A DNA stretch of 64,000 nucleotides from Squalus acanthias (lineage: Eukaryota): contig CM059432.1 in NCBI GenBank assembly GCA_030390025.1, positions 111,168,001 through 111,232,000 of the forward strand, in the 5' to 3' direction. This document shows, piece after piece, positions 1-12,519 of the stretch. The stretch's first letter is position 1. Every line of letters begins with the position of its first letter. Both the position numbers and the translations under genes were made by a program. The notes beneath the pieces are model-generated. The model did not search any database. It was given only the letters and a program-made list of their open reading frames with translations, and was not told the origin of the DNA.

Positions 1-2619
1 AGTGCAGAGAGAGCGGTGCAGAGAGAGCGGTCCAGAGAGCGGTGCAGAGAGTGGTGTAGAGAGAGCGGTCCAGAGAGAGCGGTGTAGAGAGAGCGGTGTA
101 GAGAGAGCGGTGTAGAGAGAGCGGTGCAGAGAGCGCGGTGTAGAGAGCGCGGTGCAGAGAGAGCGGTGCAGAGAGAGCGGTGCAGAGAGAGCGGTGTAGA
201 GAGAGCGGTGCAGAGAGAGCGGTGTAGAGAGAGCGGTGCAGAGAGAGCGGATCAGAGAGAGCAGTACAGAGAGAGCAGTCCAGAGAGAGCGGTCCAGAGA
301 GAGCGGTGCAGAGAGAGCGGTGTAGAGAGAGCGGTGTAGAGAGAGCGGATCAGAGAGAGCGGTGTAGAGAGAGCGGTGTAGAGAGAGCGGTGTAGAGAGA
401 GCGGTGCAGAGAGCGCGGTGTAGAGAGCGCGGTGCAGAGAGAGCGGTGCAGAGAGAGCGGTGCAGAGAGAGCGGTGCAGAGAGAGCGGTGTAGAGAGAGC
501 GGTGTAGAGAGAGCAATCCAGAGAGAGCGGTGTAGAGAGAGCGGTGCAGAGAGAGCGGTGTAGAGAGAGCGGTGCAGAGAGAGCGGTGTAGAGAGAGCGG
601 TGCAGAGAGAGCGGATCAGAGAGAGCAGTACAGAGAGAGCGGTGCAGAGAGAGCGGTCCAGAGAGAGCGGTGCAGAGAGAGCGGTGTAGAGAGAGCGGTG
701 TAGAGAGAGCGGATCAGAGAGAGCAGTACAGAGAGAGCGGTGTAGAGAGAGCGGTGCAGAGAGAGCGGTGTAGAGAGAGCGGTGTAGAGAGAGCGGATCA
801 GAGAGAGCAGTACAGAGAGAGTGGTGCAGAGAGTGAGGTGCAGAGAGAGCGGTGCAGAGACAGCGGTGTAGAGAGAGCGGTGCAGGAAGAGCGGTGCAGG
901 GAGAGCGGTGTAGAGACAGCGGTCCAGAGAGAGCGGTCCAGAGAGAGCGGTGCAGAGAGAGCGGTTCAGAGAGAGCGGTGCAGAGAGAGCGGTGCAGAGA
1001 GAGCGGTAGAGAGAGAGGTGTAGAGAGAGCGGTGCAGAGAGAGCGGTGCAGAGAGAGCGGTGTAGAGAGCGCAGTGTAGAGAGAGCGGTGTAGAGAGAGC
1101 GGTGCAGAGAGAGCGGTGCAGAGAGAGCGGTGCAGAGAGAGCGGTGTAGAGAGAGCGGTGTAGAGAGAGCAGTGCAGAGAGAGCGGTGCAGAGAGAGCGG
1201 TGCAGAGAGAGCGGTCCAGAGAGCAGTGCAGAGAGTGGTGTAGAGAGAGCGGTCCAGAGAGAGCGGTGTAGAGAGAGCGGTGTAGAGAGAGCGGTGTAGA
1301 GAGAGCGGTGCAGAGAGCGCGGTGTAGAGAGCGCGGTGCAGAGAGAGCGGTGCAGAGAGAGCGGTGCAGAGAGAGCGGATCAGAGAGAGCAGTACAGAGA
1401 GAGCAGTCCAGAGAGAGCGGTCCAGAGAGAGCGGTGCAGAGAGAGCGGTGTAGAGAGAGCGGTGTAGAGAGAGCGGATCAGAGAGAGCGGTGTAGAGAGA
1501 GCGGTGTAGAGAGAGCGGTGTAGAGAGAGCGGTGCAGAGAGCGTGGTGTAGAGAGCGCGGTGCAGAGAGAGCGGTGCAGAGAGAGCGGTGCAGAGAGAGC
1601 GGTGCAGAGAGAGCGGTGCAGAGAGAGCGGTGTAGAGAGAGCGGTGTAGAGAGAGCAATCCAGAGAGAGCGGTGTAGAGAGAGCGGTGCAGAGAGAGCGG
1701 TGTAGAGAGAGCGGTGCAGAGAGAGCGGTGTAGAGAGAGCGGTGCAGAGAGAGCGGATCAGAGAGAGCAGTACAGAGAGAGCGGTGCAGAGAGAGCGGTG
1801 CAGAGAGAGCGGTCCAGAGAGAGCGGTGCAGAGAGAGCGGTGTAGAGAGAGCGGTGTAGAGAGAGCGGATCAGAGAGAGCAGTACAGAGAGAGCGGTGTA
1901 GAGAGAGCGGTGCAGAGAGAGCGGTGTAGAGAGAGCGGTGTAGAGAGAGCGGATCAGAGAGAGCAGTACAGAGAGAGCGGTCCAGAGAGAGCGGTGCAGA
2001 GAGAGCGGTGTAGAGAGAGCGGTGCAGAGAGAGCGGTGCGGAGAGAGCGGTGCGGAGAGAGCGGTGCAGAGAGAACGGTGTAGAGAGAGCGGTGTAGAGA
2101 GAGCGGTGCAGAGAGAGCGGTGCAGAGAGCGGTGTAGAGAGAGCGGTGTAGAGAGAGCGGTGCAGAGAGAGCGGTGCAGAGAGAGCGGTGTAGAGAGCGG
2201 TGCAGAGAGAGCGGTGCAGAGAGAGCGGTGCAGAGAGCGGTGCAGAGAGAGCGGTGTAGAGAGAGCGGTGTAGAGAGCGGTACAGAGAGAGCGGTGCAGA
2301 GAGAGCGGTGCAGAGAGAGCGGTGTAGAGAGCGGTACAGAGAGAGCGGTTTAGAGAGAGCGGTGCAGAGAGAGTGGTGTAGAGAGAGCGGTGCAGAGAGA
2401 GTGGTTTAGAGAGCGCGGTTTAGAGAGAGCGGTGTAGAGAGAGCGGTGTAGAGAGAGCGGTCCAGAGAGAGCGGTGTAGAGAGAGCGGTTTAGAGAGAGC
2501 GGTGTAGAGAGAGCGGTGCAGAGAGAGCGGTGTAGAGAGAGCGGTGCAGAGAGAGCGGTGCAGGGAGAGTGGTGTAGAGAGAGCGGTGTAGAGAGAGCGG
2601 TGCAGAGAGAGCGGTGTAG
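1..2619. repeat. 14-bp GA-rich minisatellite (GAGAGAGCGGTGYA)n, runs off the left edge of the window
   Basis: Direct 14-nt periodicity with variants GGTCCA, GGATCA, AGTACA, GGTTTA and occasional 12-nt units. Confidence 0.97.
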
Positions 2620-2649
2620 AGCAGAGAGGAGACCAACAGAGCGTTCGAG

Positions 2650-3693
2650 GTGGAAGGAGGCACTAGCCACCTAACAGGGTATACAGACAGAGGCTCAGCT
2701 TTCTTGACCCCTCGGATGATCAGTACTTCCGCAGGTGGAGATTGTCTCGCCTGGTGGTTGCAGACATCTGCAGCCTTCTAGAAGAAGACCTGCTCTCTGC
2801 TGAACCTGGTGGCCACGCATTACCAGTGTCTGTGAAAGTCACCACTGCCCTCAATTTCTTTGCCTCCAGTTCATTCCAGAGCACTACCAGAGACATAGCA
2901 AGGGTGTCGCAGTCGGCTGCATATAAATGTATAAGGCAGGTGACAAATGGATTGTGTTCCGGGGCTGGGGGGGTATATAAACATCCCCTGTGATGACAGT
3001 CGCCAGAATGAGCTGACACTGTGATTCACGTCTCTGACTGGCTTCCCACAGGTACAGGGTGCATTCGACTGCAAACATGTGGCAATCCGAGCACCCCCTG
3101 ATCAACCAGGGGTATTCAGCAACTGCAAGGGATTTCATTCCATCAATGTGCAGCTGGTGTGCAACCACAAAAAAAGGTTCATGCAGGTCTGCGCCAGGTT
3201 TCCTGGAACTTGCCATGATGCTTTCATATTGTGGTAGTCCAGCATCCCCAACATGTTCAGACCTGGAACCAGCCTTAAAGAGTGACTGCTAGACGACAAG
3301 ATACCCTCTTCAAACCTGGCTGATGACACCTCTGAGGAACCCCACCGATGAACACCAGGAGCATTAACTCGAGCCATATGACAACCAGATGTGTCATTGA
3401 GTAAGCCATCAGCATGCAGAAGTTGCACTTCAGGTGCCTGGACAGGTCTGGAGGTGCCCATCAGTATTCAACAGCGAGTGTCTCGAGGATAATCAGGGTG
3501 TGCTGTGTTCGCACAACATAGCGCAGCAGTGAGGACTAGAGGTGCAGGAGGAACAAGCCGCTCAGCACTCTTCATCTGATGAGGATTTCAATGGACGGGA
3601 GGAGGAGGAAGATTGGGCACCCAATGCCAAACCAGCCAATCACATTGCTGCTTGAGATACCAGGGATGCACTAATAGCTCGAAGATTCAGTTA
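2650..3693 (+). pseudogene. Degenerate PIF/Harbinger transposase (HARBI1-like DDE)
   Basis: ORF 2742-2993 ADICSLLEEDL..GGHALPVSVKVTTALNFFASSSFQ, followed by [24 protein letters not shown] and WLMTPLRNP segments and an acidic tail. Frameshifts and stops present. Confidence 0.9.
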
Positions 3694-3959
3694 GTCACTC
3701 ACATTGGACCAGAGTAACTATAACATCTGCCGCCCCCCCTTCCCCCGCCCCTTCCTTCCACAAGCAGTTCTGTAACCAACCATCCACTCGTTCCACATCC
3801 ACCAATTGGCCTCAGCCAATTCCTTGTCTTCACATTCTGCTCCAAACAATTGAAAAGCAGAAATGGTACTTGCCACTCAAGAATAGGGAACACAGGAAAG
3901 TAGTGAAAAGTAATAAATTTAATGCGACTTAATAAATTAAATATATTAACAAATTTTTA

Positions 3960-4890
3960 AGAACACCCAAGAACACCCTTGGCGAACTATAACACTTTTC
4001 TCTTTCTCTCTCTACCATTCTACGTGGTGCTACCCCTGCGGCTTCAGCAGCAGTAGAGGGAGGCTGCTCTGATCCTTGCTCTGATTTCTGAGGTGCCCGC
4101 GGCTGACGACCTTTGGGTGTTGGAGCCTGTGAGGGCCCCGCCAAAGCCTGCCCCACCTGCACTTGTGCAGAGGCAGACTGGGGCAGGGGAGAGGAGGCAG
4201 AATGTCGGGTACTAGTTGTGGGGGGAGGGGTGTTGGGCGGGCAACAGGTGAGACATGCAAACGCTTTGAGAGGCGTTTGTACTTTAACTCCCCTATCACC
4301 ATCGTCCCTTTCCTGGGCTAGTGGCACATCACTCTTTGAGAGAGCAGTTTGGGGGAGATCAGTGATGCTTTGGAAGGCCACGTCAATCTATCTGCCAACA
4401 TGTGTAAGCCAGCAGACATGTTGGCGTTCAGAGGTTGCAGGACCATGCAACCTCTCAACCAGTACCCGACATGCTGCCTCCTTTCCCGCTGCCCCAGTGT
4501 GGCATGCAGAGACCCAGTAGTGCACTGTGATCCAAGTCCCAGAATGGAGGCCAGTCTCTCAATTGTATCTTCACAGGGGCCTCTGACATCACTCCACAAA
4601 TGTTTGAGCTGGACTCCTCCATCCTCTGTGTCATTGTTGAGACTGTGCCTGGGAGGACAGCCAGTAGCTCACACAGTTGCTGTGACCCTCTATCATTCTT
4701 CTTTTAATTAATGGCCCCCCTGGGTTCCGCATCTCTGTCCAGCTGAGCAGAGCTTGGAGAGGATTGCGCCCTTCGACACGGACTCTCCCCAGCTGTCCCA
4801 CCACCGATCTCTGCTCGTGCTGACTTGTGCCGTGTGATTCATCAGGTGAGATCCCACCTACCTCTCTAATGTTGGTGCAGGGAGTCTATC
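3960..4890 (-). pseudogene. 3' part of Harbinger second (Myb/SANT-type) ORF, convergent with the transposase
   Basis: ORF 3929-4381 ends AGPSQAPTPKGRQPRA..EQPPSTAAEAAGVAPRR, like the C-termini at 20105-21091 and 35360-35818. Confidence 0.75.
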
Positions 4891-6972
4891 GATCAAGAAT
4901 CATCGATGTTGGTGCAGACAGTCTATCGATAAAGAATCATCGATGTTGATGCAGACAGTCTATCGATAAAGAATCATCGATGTTGGAGCAGACAGTCTAT
5001 CGATAAAGAATCATCGATGTTGGTGCAGACAGTCTATCGATAAAGAATCATCGATGTTGGTAGAGACAGTCTATCGATTAAGAATCATCGATGTTGGTAG
5101 AGACAGTCTATCGATTAAGAATCATCGATGTTGGTGCAGACAGTCTATCGATTAGGAATTGTCGATGTTGGTGCAGACAGTCTATCGATTAGGAATTGTC
5201 GATGTTGGTGCAGACAGTCTATCGATTAGGAATTGTCGATGTTGGTGCAGACAGTCTATCGATTAAGAATCGTCGATGTTGGTGCAGACAGTCTATCGAT
5301 TAAGAATCATCGATGTTGGTGCAGACAGTCTATCGATTAAGAATCATCGATGTTGGTGCAGACAGTCTATCGATTAAGAATCATCGATGTTGGTGCAGGG
5401 AGTCTATCGATTAAGAATCATCGATGTTGGTGCAGACAGTCTATCGATTAAGAATCATCGATGTTGGTGCAGGGAGTCTATCGATTAAGAATCATCGATG
5501 TTGGTGCAGACAGTCTATCGATTAAGAATCATCGATGTTGGTGCAGGGAGTCTATCGATTAAGAATCATCGATGTTGGTGCAGACAGTCTATCGATTAGG
5601 AATCATCGATGTTGGTGCAGGGAGTCTATCGATTAAGAATCATCGATGTTGGTGCAGACAGTCTATGGATTAAGAATCATCGATGTTGGTGCAGACAGTC
5701 TATCGATTAAGAATCATCGATGTTGGTGCAGGGAGTCTATCGATTAAGAATCTTCGATGTTGGTGCAGACAGTCTATTGATTAAGAATCATCGATGTTGG
5801 TGCAGACAGTCTATCGACTAAGAAATGTCGATGTTGTTGCAGACAGTCTATCGATTAAGAATCTTCGATGTTGGTGCAGGGAGTCTATCGATTAAGAAAC
5901 GTCGATGATGGTGCAGACAGTCTATCGATTAAGAAACGTCGATGTTGGTGCAGACAGTCTATCGATTAAGAAATGTCGATGTTGGTGCAGACAGTCTATC
6001 GATTAAGAATCGTCAATGTTGGTGCAGACAGTCTATCGATTAAGAATCGTCAATGTTGGTGCAGACAGTCTATCGATTAAGAATCGTCAATGTTGGTGCA
6101 GACAGTCTATCGATTAAGAATCATCGATATTGGTGCAGACAGTCTATCGATTAAGAATCATCGATGTTGGTGCAGACAGTCTATCGATTAAGAAACGTCG
6201 ATGATGGTGCAGACAGTCTATCGATTAAGAAACGTCGATGTTGGTGCAGACAGTCTATCGATTAAGAATCGTCAATGTTGGTGCAGACAGTCTATCGATT
6301 AAGAATCGTCAATGTTGGTGCAGACAGTCTATCGATTAAGAATCATCGATATTGGTGCAGACAGTCTATCGATTAAGAATCATCGATGTTGGTGCAGACA
6401 GTCTATCGATTAAGAATCGTTGATGTTGGTGCAGGGAGTCTATCGATTAAGAAACGTCGATGTTGGTGCAGACAGTCTATCGATTAAGAATCATCGATAT
6501 TGGTGCAGACAGTCTATCGATTAAGAATCATCGATATTGGTGCAGACAGTCTATCGATTAAGAATCATCGATGATGGTGCAGACAGTCTATCGATTAAGA
6601 AACGTCGATGTTGGTGCAGGGAGTCTATCGATTAAGAAACGTCGATGTTGGTGCAGGGAGTCTATCGATTAAGAATCATCGATGTTGGTGCAGACAGTCT
6701 ATCGATTAAGAAACGTCGATGATGGTGCAGACAGTCTATCGATTAAGAAACGTCGATGTTGGTGCAGGGAGTCTATCGATTAAGAATCATCGATGTTGGT
6801 GCAGACAGTCTATCGATTAAGAAACGTCGATGATGGTGCAGGGAGTCTATCGATTAAGAAACGTCGATGATGGTGCAGACAGTCTATCGATTAAGAAACG
6901 TCGATGTTGGTGCAGGGAGTCTATCGATTAAGAAACGTCGATGTTGGTGCAGGGAGTCTATCGATTAAGAAT
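4869..6972. repeat. 37-bp tandem repeat, about 57 copies (GATGTTGGTGCAGACAGTCTATCGATTAAGAATCATC)
   Basis: Exact 37-nt period (GTTG at 4871, 4908, 4945...). No spacers; few variant positions. Confidence 0.97.
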
Positions 6973-7849
6973 CTCTCCAGTCTCTTGGGTATTTTAGTTC
7001 AATTTTTATATTGCATAATCATTTAAAATAAAATAGTTAGCAAATAAACATCAGCAACAACTTAAGTAAAATTATTAAACACAATGGAAATCCGGGACAA
7101 AGGTTGAGTCACATCTGAATGCAGTGCCGGAACACAATTCCTCACAATACAGTAACAGATATTTGTTAAAATAATTTTTACATTTGTGCCAGTTTAGAAT
7201 TCATCATAATGCGATATGATTTTATAAACAGATTAACAACCAGCACAAACAGAAGTTTAATATTATTGTCAACAGAACTGTATACTTTTGCTTCTGATTA
7301 TATAATGTCATTGTGAGGATTCTCTCTGTTCTATAGAACTGAGAGCAACACTTAAATAGAGATTGTATAGACTACGGTGTTCGAATAGCTCATTTTGCCC
7401 TCAAATTGAATAGTCTGATTCTGTAACATCTGTTTCCACATGCACGGGCATTCCAGGTCACATGATTCACCCAGCGTAATGTGCTTAGCCTCAGGTTACA
7501 CTGAATAATATCAACAGAAAACCTTTTTATCAAAACAGCCCTCAAGTCATCACAGACCCATCCAATTACCAATGGGCCCGAGTTAAATCAGGAGGATCAA
7601 CTGCGCTGCACAAGAACTTGTATCACTCTGGGAAAAGACTTCAAATTATTGGAGTGAGTCAATTGTGCCATAAGTATTTCCTGCAGCTTAGCCTCAAAAG
7701 TTGGCAGTCGACAATTAAGTACAAGTTAATGCAGTGGACTTCAGACTGTCCACTCCGTTCCTAACTAGCTAAACTCTAGCTTTGGTCAATTTATTCAAAA
7801 ACACTACTTGTCTTAATTAACTAAATTTTCTTATAACAACATAAGAACA

Positions 7850-8932
7850 TAATCTATATTAACGATTTGGAGGAGGGGACCGAGTGTAACATATCAAAGT
7901 TTGCAGATGATACAAAGATGGGAGGGAAAGTAGAGAGTGAGGAGGACATAAAAAACCTACAAGGGGATATAGACAGGCTGGGTGAGTGGGCAGAGATTTG
8001 GCAGATGCAATACAATATTGGAAAATGTGAGGTTATGCACTTTGGCAGGAAAAATCAGAGAGCAACTTATTATCTTAATGGCGAGAAACTGGAAAGTACT
8101 GCAGTACAAAGGGATCTGGGGGTCTTGGTGCAAGAAAATCAAAAAGTTAGTATGCAGGTGCAGCAGGTGATCAAGAAAGCCAATGGAATGTTGGCTTTTA
8201 TTGCTAGGGGGATTGAATATAAAAATAGGGAGGTATTGCTTCAGTTGTACAAGGTATTGGTGAGACCGCACCTGGAGTACTGCATACAGTTTTGGTGTCC
8301 ATACTTAAGAAAAGACATACTTGCTCTTGAGGCAGTACAAAGAAGGTTCACTCAGTTAATTCCAGGGATGAGGGGGTGGACATATGAGGAGAGGTTGAGT
8401 AGATTGGGACTCTACTCATTGGAGTTCAGAAGAATGAGAGGCGATCTTATTGAAACATATAAGATTGTGAAGGGGCTTGATTGGGTGGACGCGGTGAGGA
8501 TGTTCCCAATGATGGGTGAAACTAGAACTAGGGGACATAATCTTAGAATAAGGGGCTCCTCTTTCAAAACTGAGATGAGGAGAAACTTTTTCACTCAGAG
8601 GGTAGTGGGTCTGTGGAATTTGCTACCCCAGGAAGCTGTGGAAGCTACTTCATTAAATAAATTTAAAACAGAAATAGACCGTTTCCTAGAAGTAAAGGGA
8701 ATCAGGGGTTACGGGGAGCGGGCTGGAAATTGGACATGAGTTTGAGTTCGGATCGGTCAAGGCCCTGTGGGTGGCGGAGCGGGCCCAGGGGCCGAGTGGC
8801 CTGGTCCTGCTCCTACTTCTTGTGTTCTTTAGAGTTGAGGTTGGATCAGATCAGCCATGATCTTATTGAATTGCGGAGCAGGCTCGAGGGGCTGATTGGT
8901 CTGCTCCTGCTCGTATTTCTTATGTTCTTATG
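7850..8932 (+). mobile_element. 5'-truncated CR1 (HER1-like) LINE with two successive 3' tails
   Basis: ORF 7867-8739 ISKFADDTK..LVRPHLEYC..RRMRGDLIE..RRNFFTQRVV. Tail-like segments at about 8750-8830 and 8830-8932 ending TTCTTATG. Confidence 0.93.
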
Positions 8933-9800
8933 TAACATAAGAATTAGGAGCAGAAGTAGGCCATACGACCCCTCGAGCCTGCTCCGCCATTCAATAAGAG
9001 CATGGTTGATCATCGACCTCAACTCCGCTTTCCCGCCCGATCCCCACATCCCTTGATTCCCCGAGTTTCCACAGATCTATCGATTTCCAAAGATTCACAA
9101 CCTCTGAGTGAAGAAATTCCTCCTCATCTCAGTCTTAAATGGCCTACCCCTTATCCTGAGACTATGCCCCATAGTTCTAGGCACTCCAGCCAGGGGAAAC
9201 AACCTCTCAGCATCTACCCTGTCAATCCCCCTCAGAATCTTATATGTTTCAATGAAATCACCTCTCATTCTTCTAAACTCCAGAGAGTATAGGCCCAATC
9301 TACTCAATCTCCCCTCATAGAACAACCCTCTCATCCCAGGAATCAATCACATTATACTTCATCTGCCACCTTACTGCCCACTCACTTAGTCTATCTATAT
9401 CCCTTTGCAGACTCTTTGTGTTCTCCTCACAGCTTACTGTCCCACCTAGCTTTGTATCATCAGCAAACTTGGATACATTACACTTGGTCCCTTCATCTAA
9501 GTCATTAATATAGATTGTGAATAGCTGAGGCCCCAGCATTGATCCTTTTGGCACCCCACTGGTTACAGCCTGCCAACCTGAAAATGACCCTTTTATCCCT
9601 ACTCTCTTTTTTCTGTCCGTTAACTAATCCTCTATCCATGCATTACCCCCAATCCCATGAACCCTTATCTTGTGTAATAACCTTTTATGTGGTACCTTAT
9701 CGAATGCCTTTTGGAAATCCAAATATACTACATCCACTGGTTCCCCTTTATCTACCCTGCTGGTTACATCCTCAAAAAACTCTTAATAAATTTGTCAAAT
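8933..9800 (-). mobile_element. Internally deleted CR1 LINE, tail-to-tail with the preceding copy
   Basis: Begins AACATAAGAA (reverse tail). Minus-strand ORFs 9095-9346 (RRMRGDFIETYK) and 9315-9554 ([19 protein letters not shown]). Confidence 0.9.
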
Positions 9801-9970
9801 GCAATTTGTTTACGTACACCCCCAGGTCTCTCTGTTCCTGCACCCGCCTTGAAATTGTATCATTTAGTTTATATTGCCTCTCCTCATTCTTCCTACCAAA
9901 ATGTAGCACTTCACACTTCTCTGCATTAAATTTCATCTGCCCATTTCACCAGTCCTGAAGTTTGTTATTA

Positions 9971-10522
9971 CAGGAAACTCTTTGGTATCCGGCACGTACG
10001 GGACCGGGATGGTGCCGGTTTATTAAAAATTCCGGATAACGGAGATGTATACCTACCAAGGTACAAGCGCCCCGTTACACAGCCACAGGTGCAGGAGCCC
10101 CGGTTACACGGCCACAGATCCAGGAGTCCCTGTTACACGGCCACTTGTGCAGGAGTCCCGGTTACACGGCCACTTGTGCAGGAGTCCCTGTTACACAGCC
10201 ACAGATCCAGGAGTCCCTGTTACACGGCCACAGATCCAGGAGTCCCTGTTACACGGCCACAGATCCAGGAGTCCCTGTTACACGGCCACAGATCCAGGAG
10301 TCCCTGTTACACGGCCACAGATCCAGGAGTCCCTGTTACACGGTCACAGATCCAGGAGTCCCTGTTACACGGTCACAGATCCAGGAGTCCCTGTTACAGG
10401 TGCAGGAACCCCGGTTACACGGCCACTAATATACAGTAAAACTTACCTGAACCTACTCCTGAATTTTGCCGGTTAATAGAGAATTTCGTATATTTAGGTG
10501 CCATTTAAATGAGAGTTTCCTG
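9971..10522. mobile_element. Non-autonomous Tc1/mariner (pogo/Tigger-like) MITE
   Basis: TA|CAGGAAACTCT at 9969-9981 and AGAGTTTCCTG|TA at 10512-10524: inverted termini with a TA duplication, inside a CR1. Confidence 0.8.
10072..10426. repeat. 29-bp tandem repeat, about 12 copies (GTTACACGGCCACAGATCCAGGAGTCCCT), inside the MITE
   Basis: ACAGATCC recurs at 10201, 10230, 10259... Confidence 0.93.
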
Positions 10523-11304
10523 TATTGCCTCATTGTCAAGATTTTATCATCCGCGAACTGTGAAATTATGCCCTGCATACCCAAATCCAGGACTTTAATA
10601 TATATATCAGAAAGAACAGTGGTCCTAATGCCGAACCCTGGAGAACATCTGTATACCCCTCTCCAGTCTGAAAAACAACCATTCACCACTACTCTCTGCT
10701 TTCCATCCCTTAGCCAATTTTGTATCCATGCTGCAACTGTCCCTTTAATCCCATGGCCTTTAATTTTTCTAAGAAGTCTATTATATGGTACTTTGTCAAA
10801 TGCCTTCTGAAAGTCCATATAGACAACATCAACTGCACTGCCCTCATCAAACCTTTCCGTTACTTCATCAAAGAACTTCATCAATTTAGTCAAACACGAT
10901 TTTCCTTTAACAAATCTGTGATTTCTTTCATATATTAGCCCATACCTTTCCAATGGCAATTAATTTTTTCCCGGATTATTGTCTCTCGAAGTTTCCCCAA
11001 TATCGACATTAGGATGACTGGACTGTAGTTACCGTGTTTACCCCTCTCCCTTTTTTAAATGGGGTGTAACATTTGCAACCCTCCAGTCCTCTGGCACCTC
11101 CCCATATCCAAAGATGCACAAGAAACTGGAGTGTGAAGGTTGTGAGGGGATGTGGGTGGTGTGGATCCAAGGAAGTGGTTGGAGCTACCCTTGACAGTGA
11201 TTGAGACTATGGGACTTGAGAGGCCACAGGGAGATGGCGAGATCAAGGCTGTGGCCATGAATATGGGTAAGACGGTTTAGATGGAGGGAGAAACTAACAA
11301 AAAG

Positions 11305-11712
11305 ACTACAGTGCATTTCATGACTTCAGGACGTCTCAAAGCACTTTACAGGGAATTAAGTACCTTTGAAGTGTAGTCACTGTTGTAATGTAGGAAACGC
11401 AGCAGCCAATTTGCACAGCAAGATCCCACAAGCAGCAATGAAATAAATGACCAGATCATTTATTTTAGGTCTTGGTTGAGGGATAAACGTTGGCCAGTAC
11501 ACCAGGAGAGTTCCCCTGCTCTTCTTCTTCTACCTGGAAGGGCTGGTTTAATGCCTCATTTGAAAGACGGCACCTCCGACAGTGCAGCACTCCCTCAGTA
11601 CTGCACTGGAGTCTCAGCCTAGATTATGTTCTCAAGCCTCTGGAGTGAAACATGGACCCTCAACCTTCTGACTAAGAGGTGAGAGTGCTGCCACTGAGCC
11701 ACGGTTGACACT
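11305..11712 (-). mobile_element. tRNA-derived Deu-domain SINE (SacSINE1-like)
   Basis: Minus-strand head GTGTCAACCGTGGCTCAGTGG (A box) and core GTACTGAGGGAGTGCTGCACTGTCGGAGGTGCCGTCTTTC; homologous copies at 18153-18525 and 52258-52428. Confidence 0.8.
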
Positions 11713-11719
11713 TTTAGTA

Positions 11720-11985
11720 CAGAAAGGTTTAGGAAGAACAGGAGGGTGGTGAAATTGGAAGAGAGAAGGCAACGGGAGTTGAGATGAAGGTTGAAATCAG
11801 CAACAATGAAGAGTTGTTCAGTGGAGAGACAGAGAGGACAGGAGGATAACTCAGGGAAAAATTCGGCTTGGGTTTTGGGGGCGGTAGTTCCATGAGGATT
11901 TTAAAGGAGAAGAGAGAGAGGTGGAACAGGGAGAGTTGCTCAAAGAGGAGAGGATGCCAGAGGAGTTAAGGGGAGAGACCTTATG
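11720..11985 (-). mobile_element. Decayed L2-type LINE endonuclease fragment
   Basis: Minus strand reads approximately YRPP..EFFPELSS..STEQLFIVADFNLHLNS (APE motifs), with frameshifts. Confidence 0.55.
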
Positions 11986-12214
11986 TAAACACAAATTATC
12001 ACCATTTGTACAGGAATAGCGCTCCTCAGAAAGTATAACCCAGAGTAGAATTTCCTTGGGAGGTTCTCCTCATCGCGGCTGTACTTGCCATTTCTACAGG
12101 GTTTCTATTGATTGCCAACAAAGTTACGGCAGGAGATTGCAAGAGGCCCACAGAAATTTTACCTCTCCCCCACCAATTGTTAAAACCATTATGAGATTGC
12201 AATGGAATACTGCA

Positions 12215-12410
12215 ATGGGGGAGACACTGGCGTTTTATCTCTGAGACTTGGTTTCAAATCCATCATGTAAATGACGAGAATAAAAGTCTCTGCTATCTGC
12301 TCAGGGTCTAAGGGTCCCATGTGAAATGAGCTGGTGCAGTCTCAATCCAGTTCCCATTGGGCTATAGCACAAAACAGCCCCTAACTTGGTGCTGATTGGC
12401 ACGATCACTC
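12215..12410 (+). mobile_element. LF-SINE-like ancient SINE fragment
   Basis: B-box-like GGTTTCAAATCC, then ATGTGAAATGAGCTGGTGCAGTCTCAATCCAGTTCC and CACAAAACAGCCCCTAAC..ATTGGCAC, resembling the LF-SINE consensus as I recall it. Confidence 0.6.
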
Positions 12411-12519
12411 AGAGGGACCTCAGGATAGTTGGTATGTGAAATGGAAAATGTGTCTGTTACATTTTTCTGTCTTTCCAGGTACCTTACCCCAGAATATTCC
12501 AATTTACATATCTTAGATT

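Larger units (their letters stand above)
9801..11130 (-). mobile_element. Older CR1 RT fragment interrupted by a MITE
   Basis: ORF 10453-10959 [34 protein letters not shown] sequence resumes left of 9970. Confidence 0.85.

Noticed and set aside
124..2670. RERCRESGVERAV-type ORFs
   Set aside because: Translations of the 14-bp repeat.
4869..6972. CRISPR array (37-bp partly palindromic repeat)
   Set aside because: Units are head-to-tail with no unique spacers, there are no cas genes, and the context is vertebrate.
10045..10476. Repetitive Cys/His-containing ORFs
   Set aside because: Translations of the 29-bp repeat, open in all three frames.
11640..11712. tRNA gene
   Set aside because: The A/B-box-like sequence is the head of a multi-copy SINE; no cloverleaf is evident.
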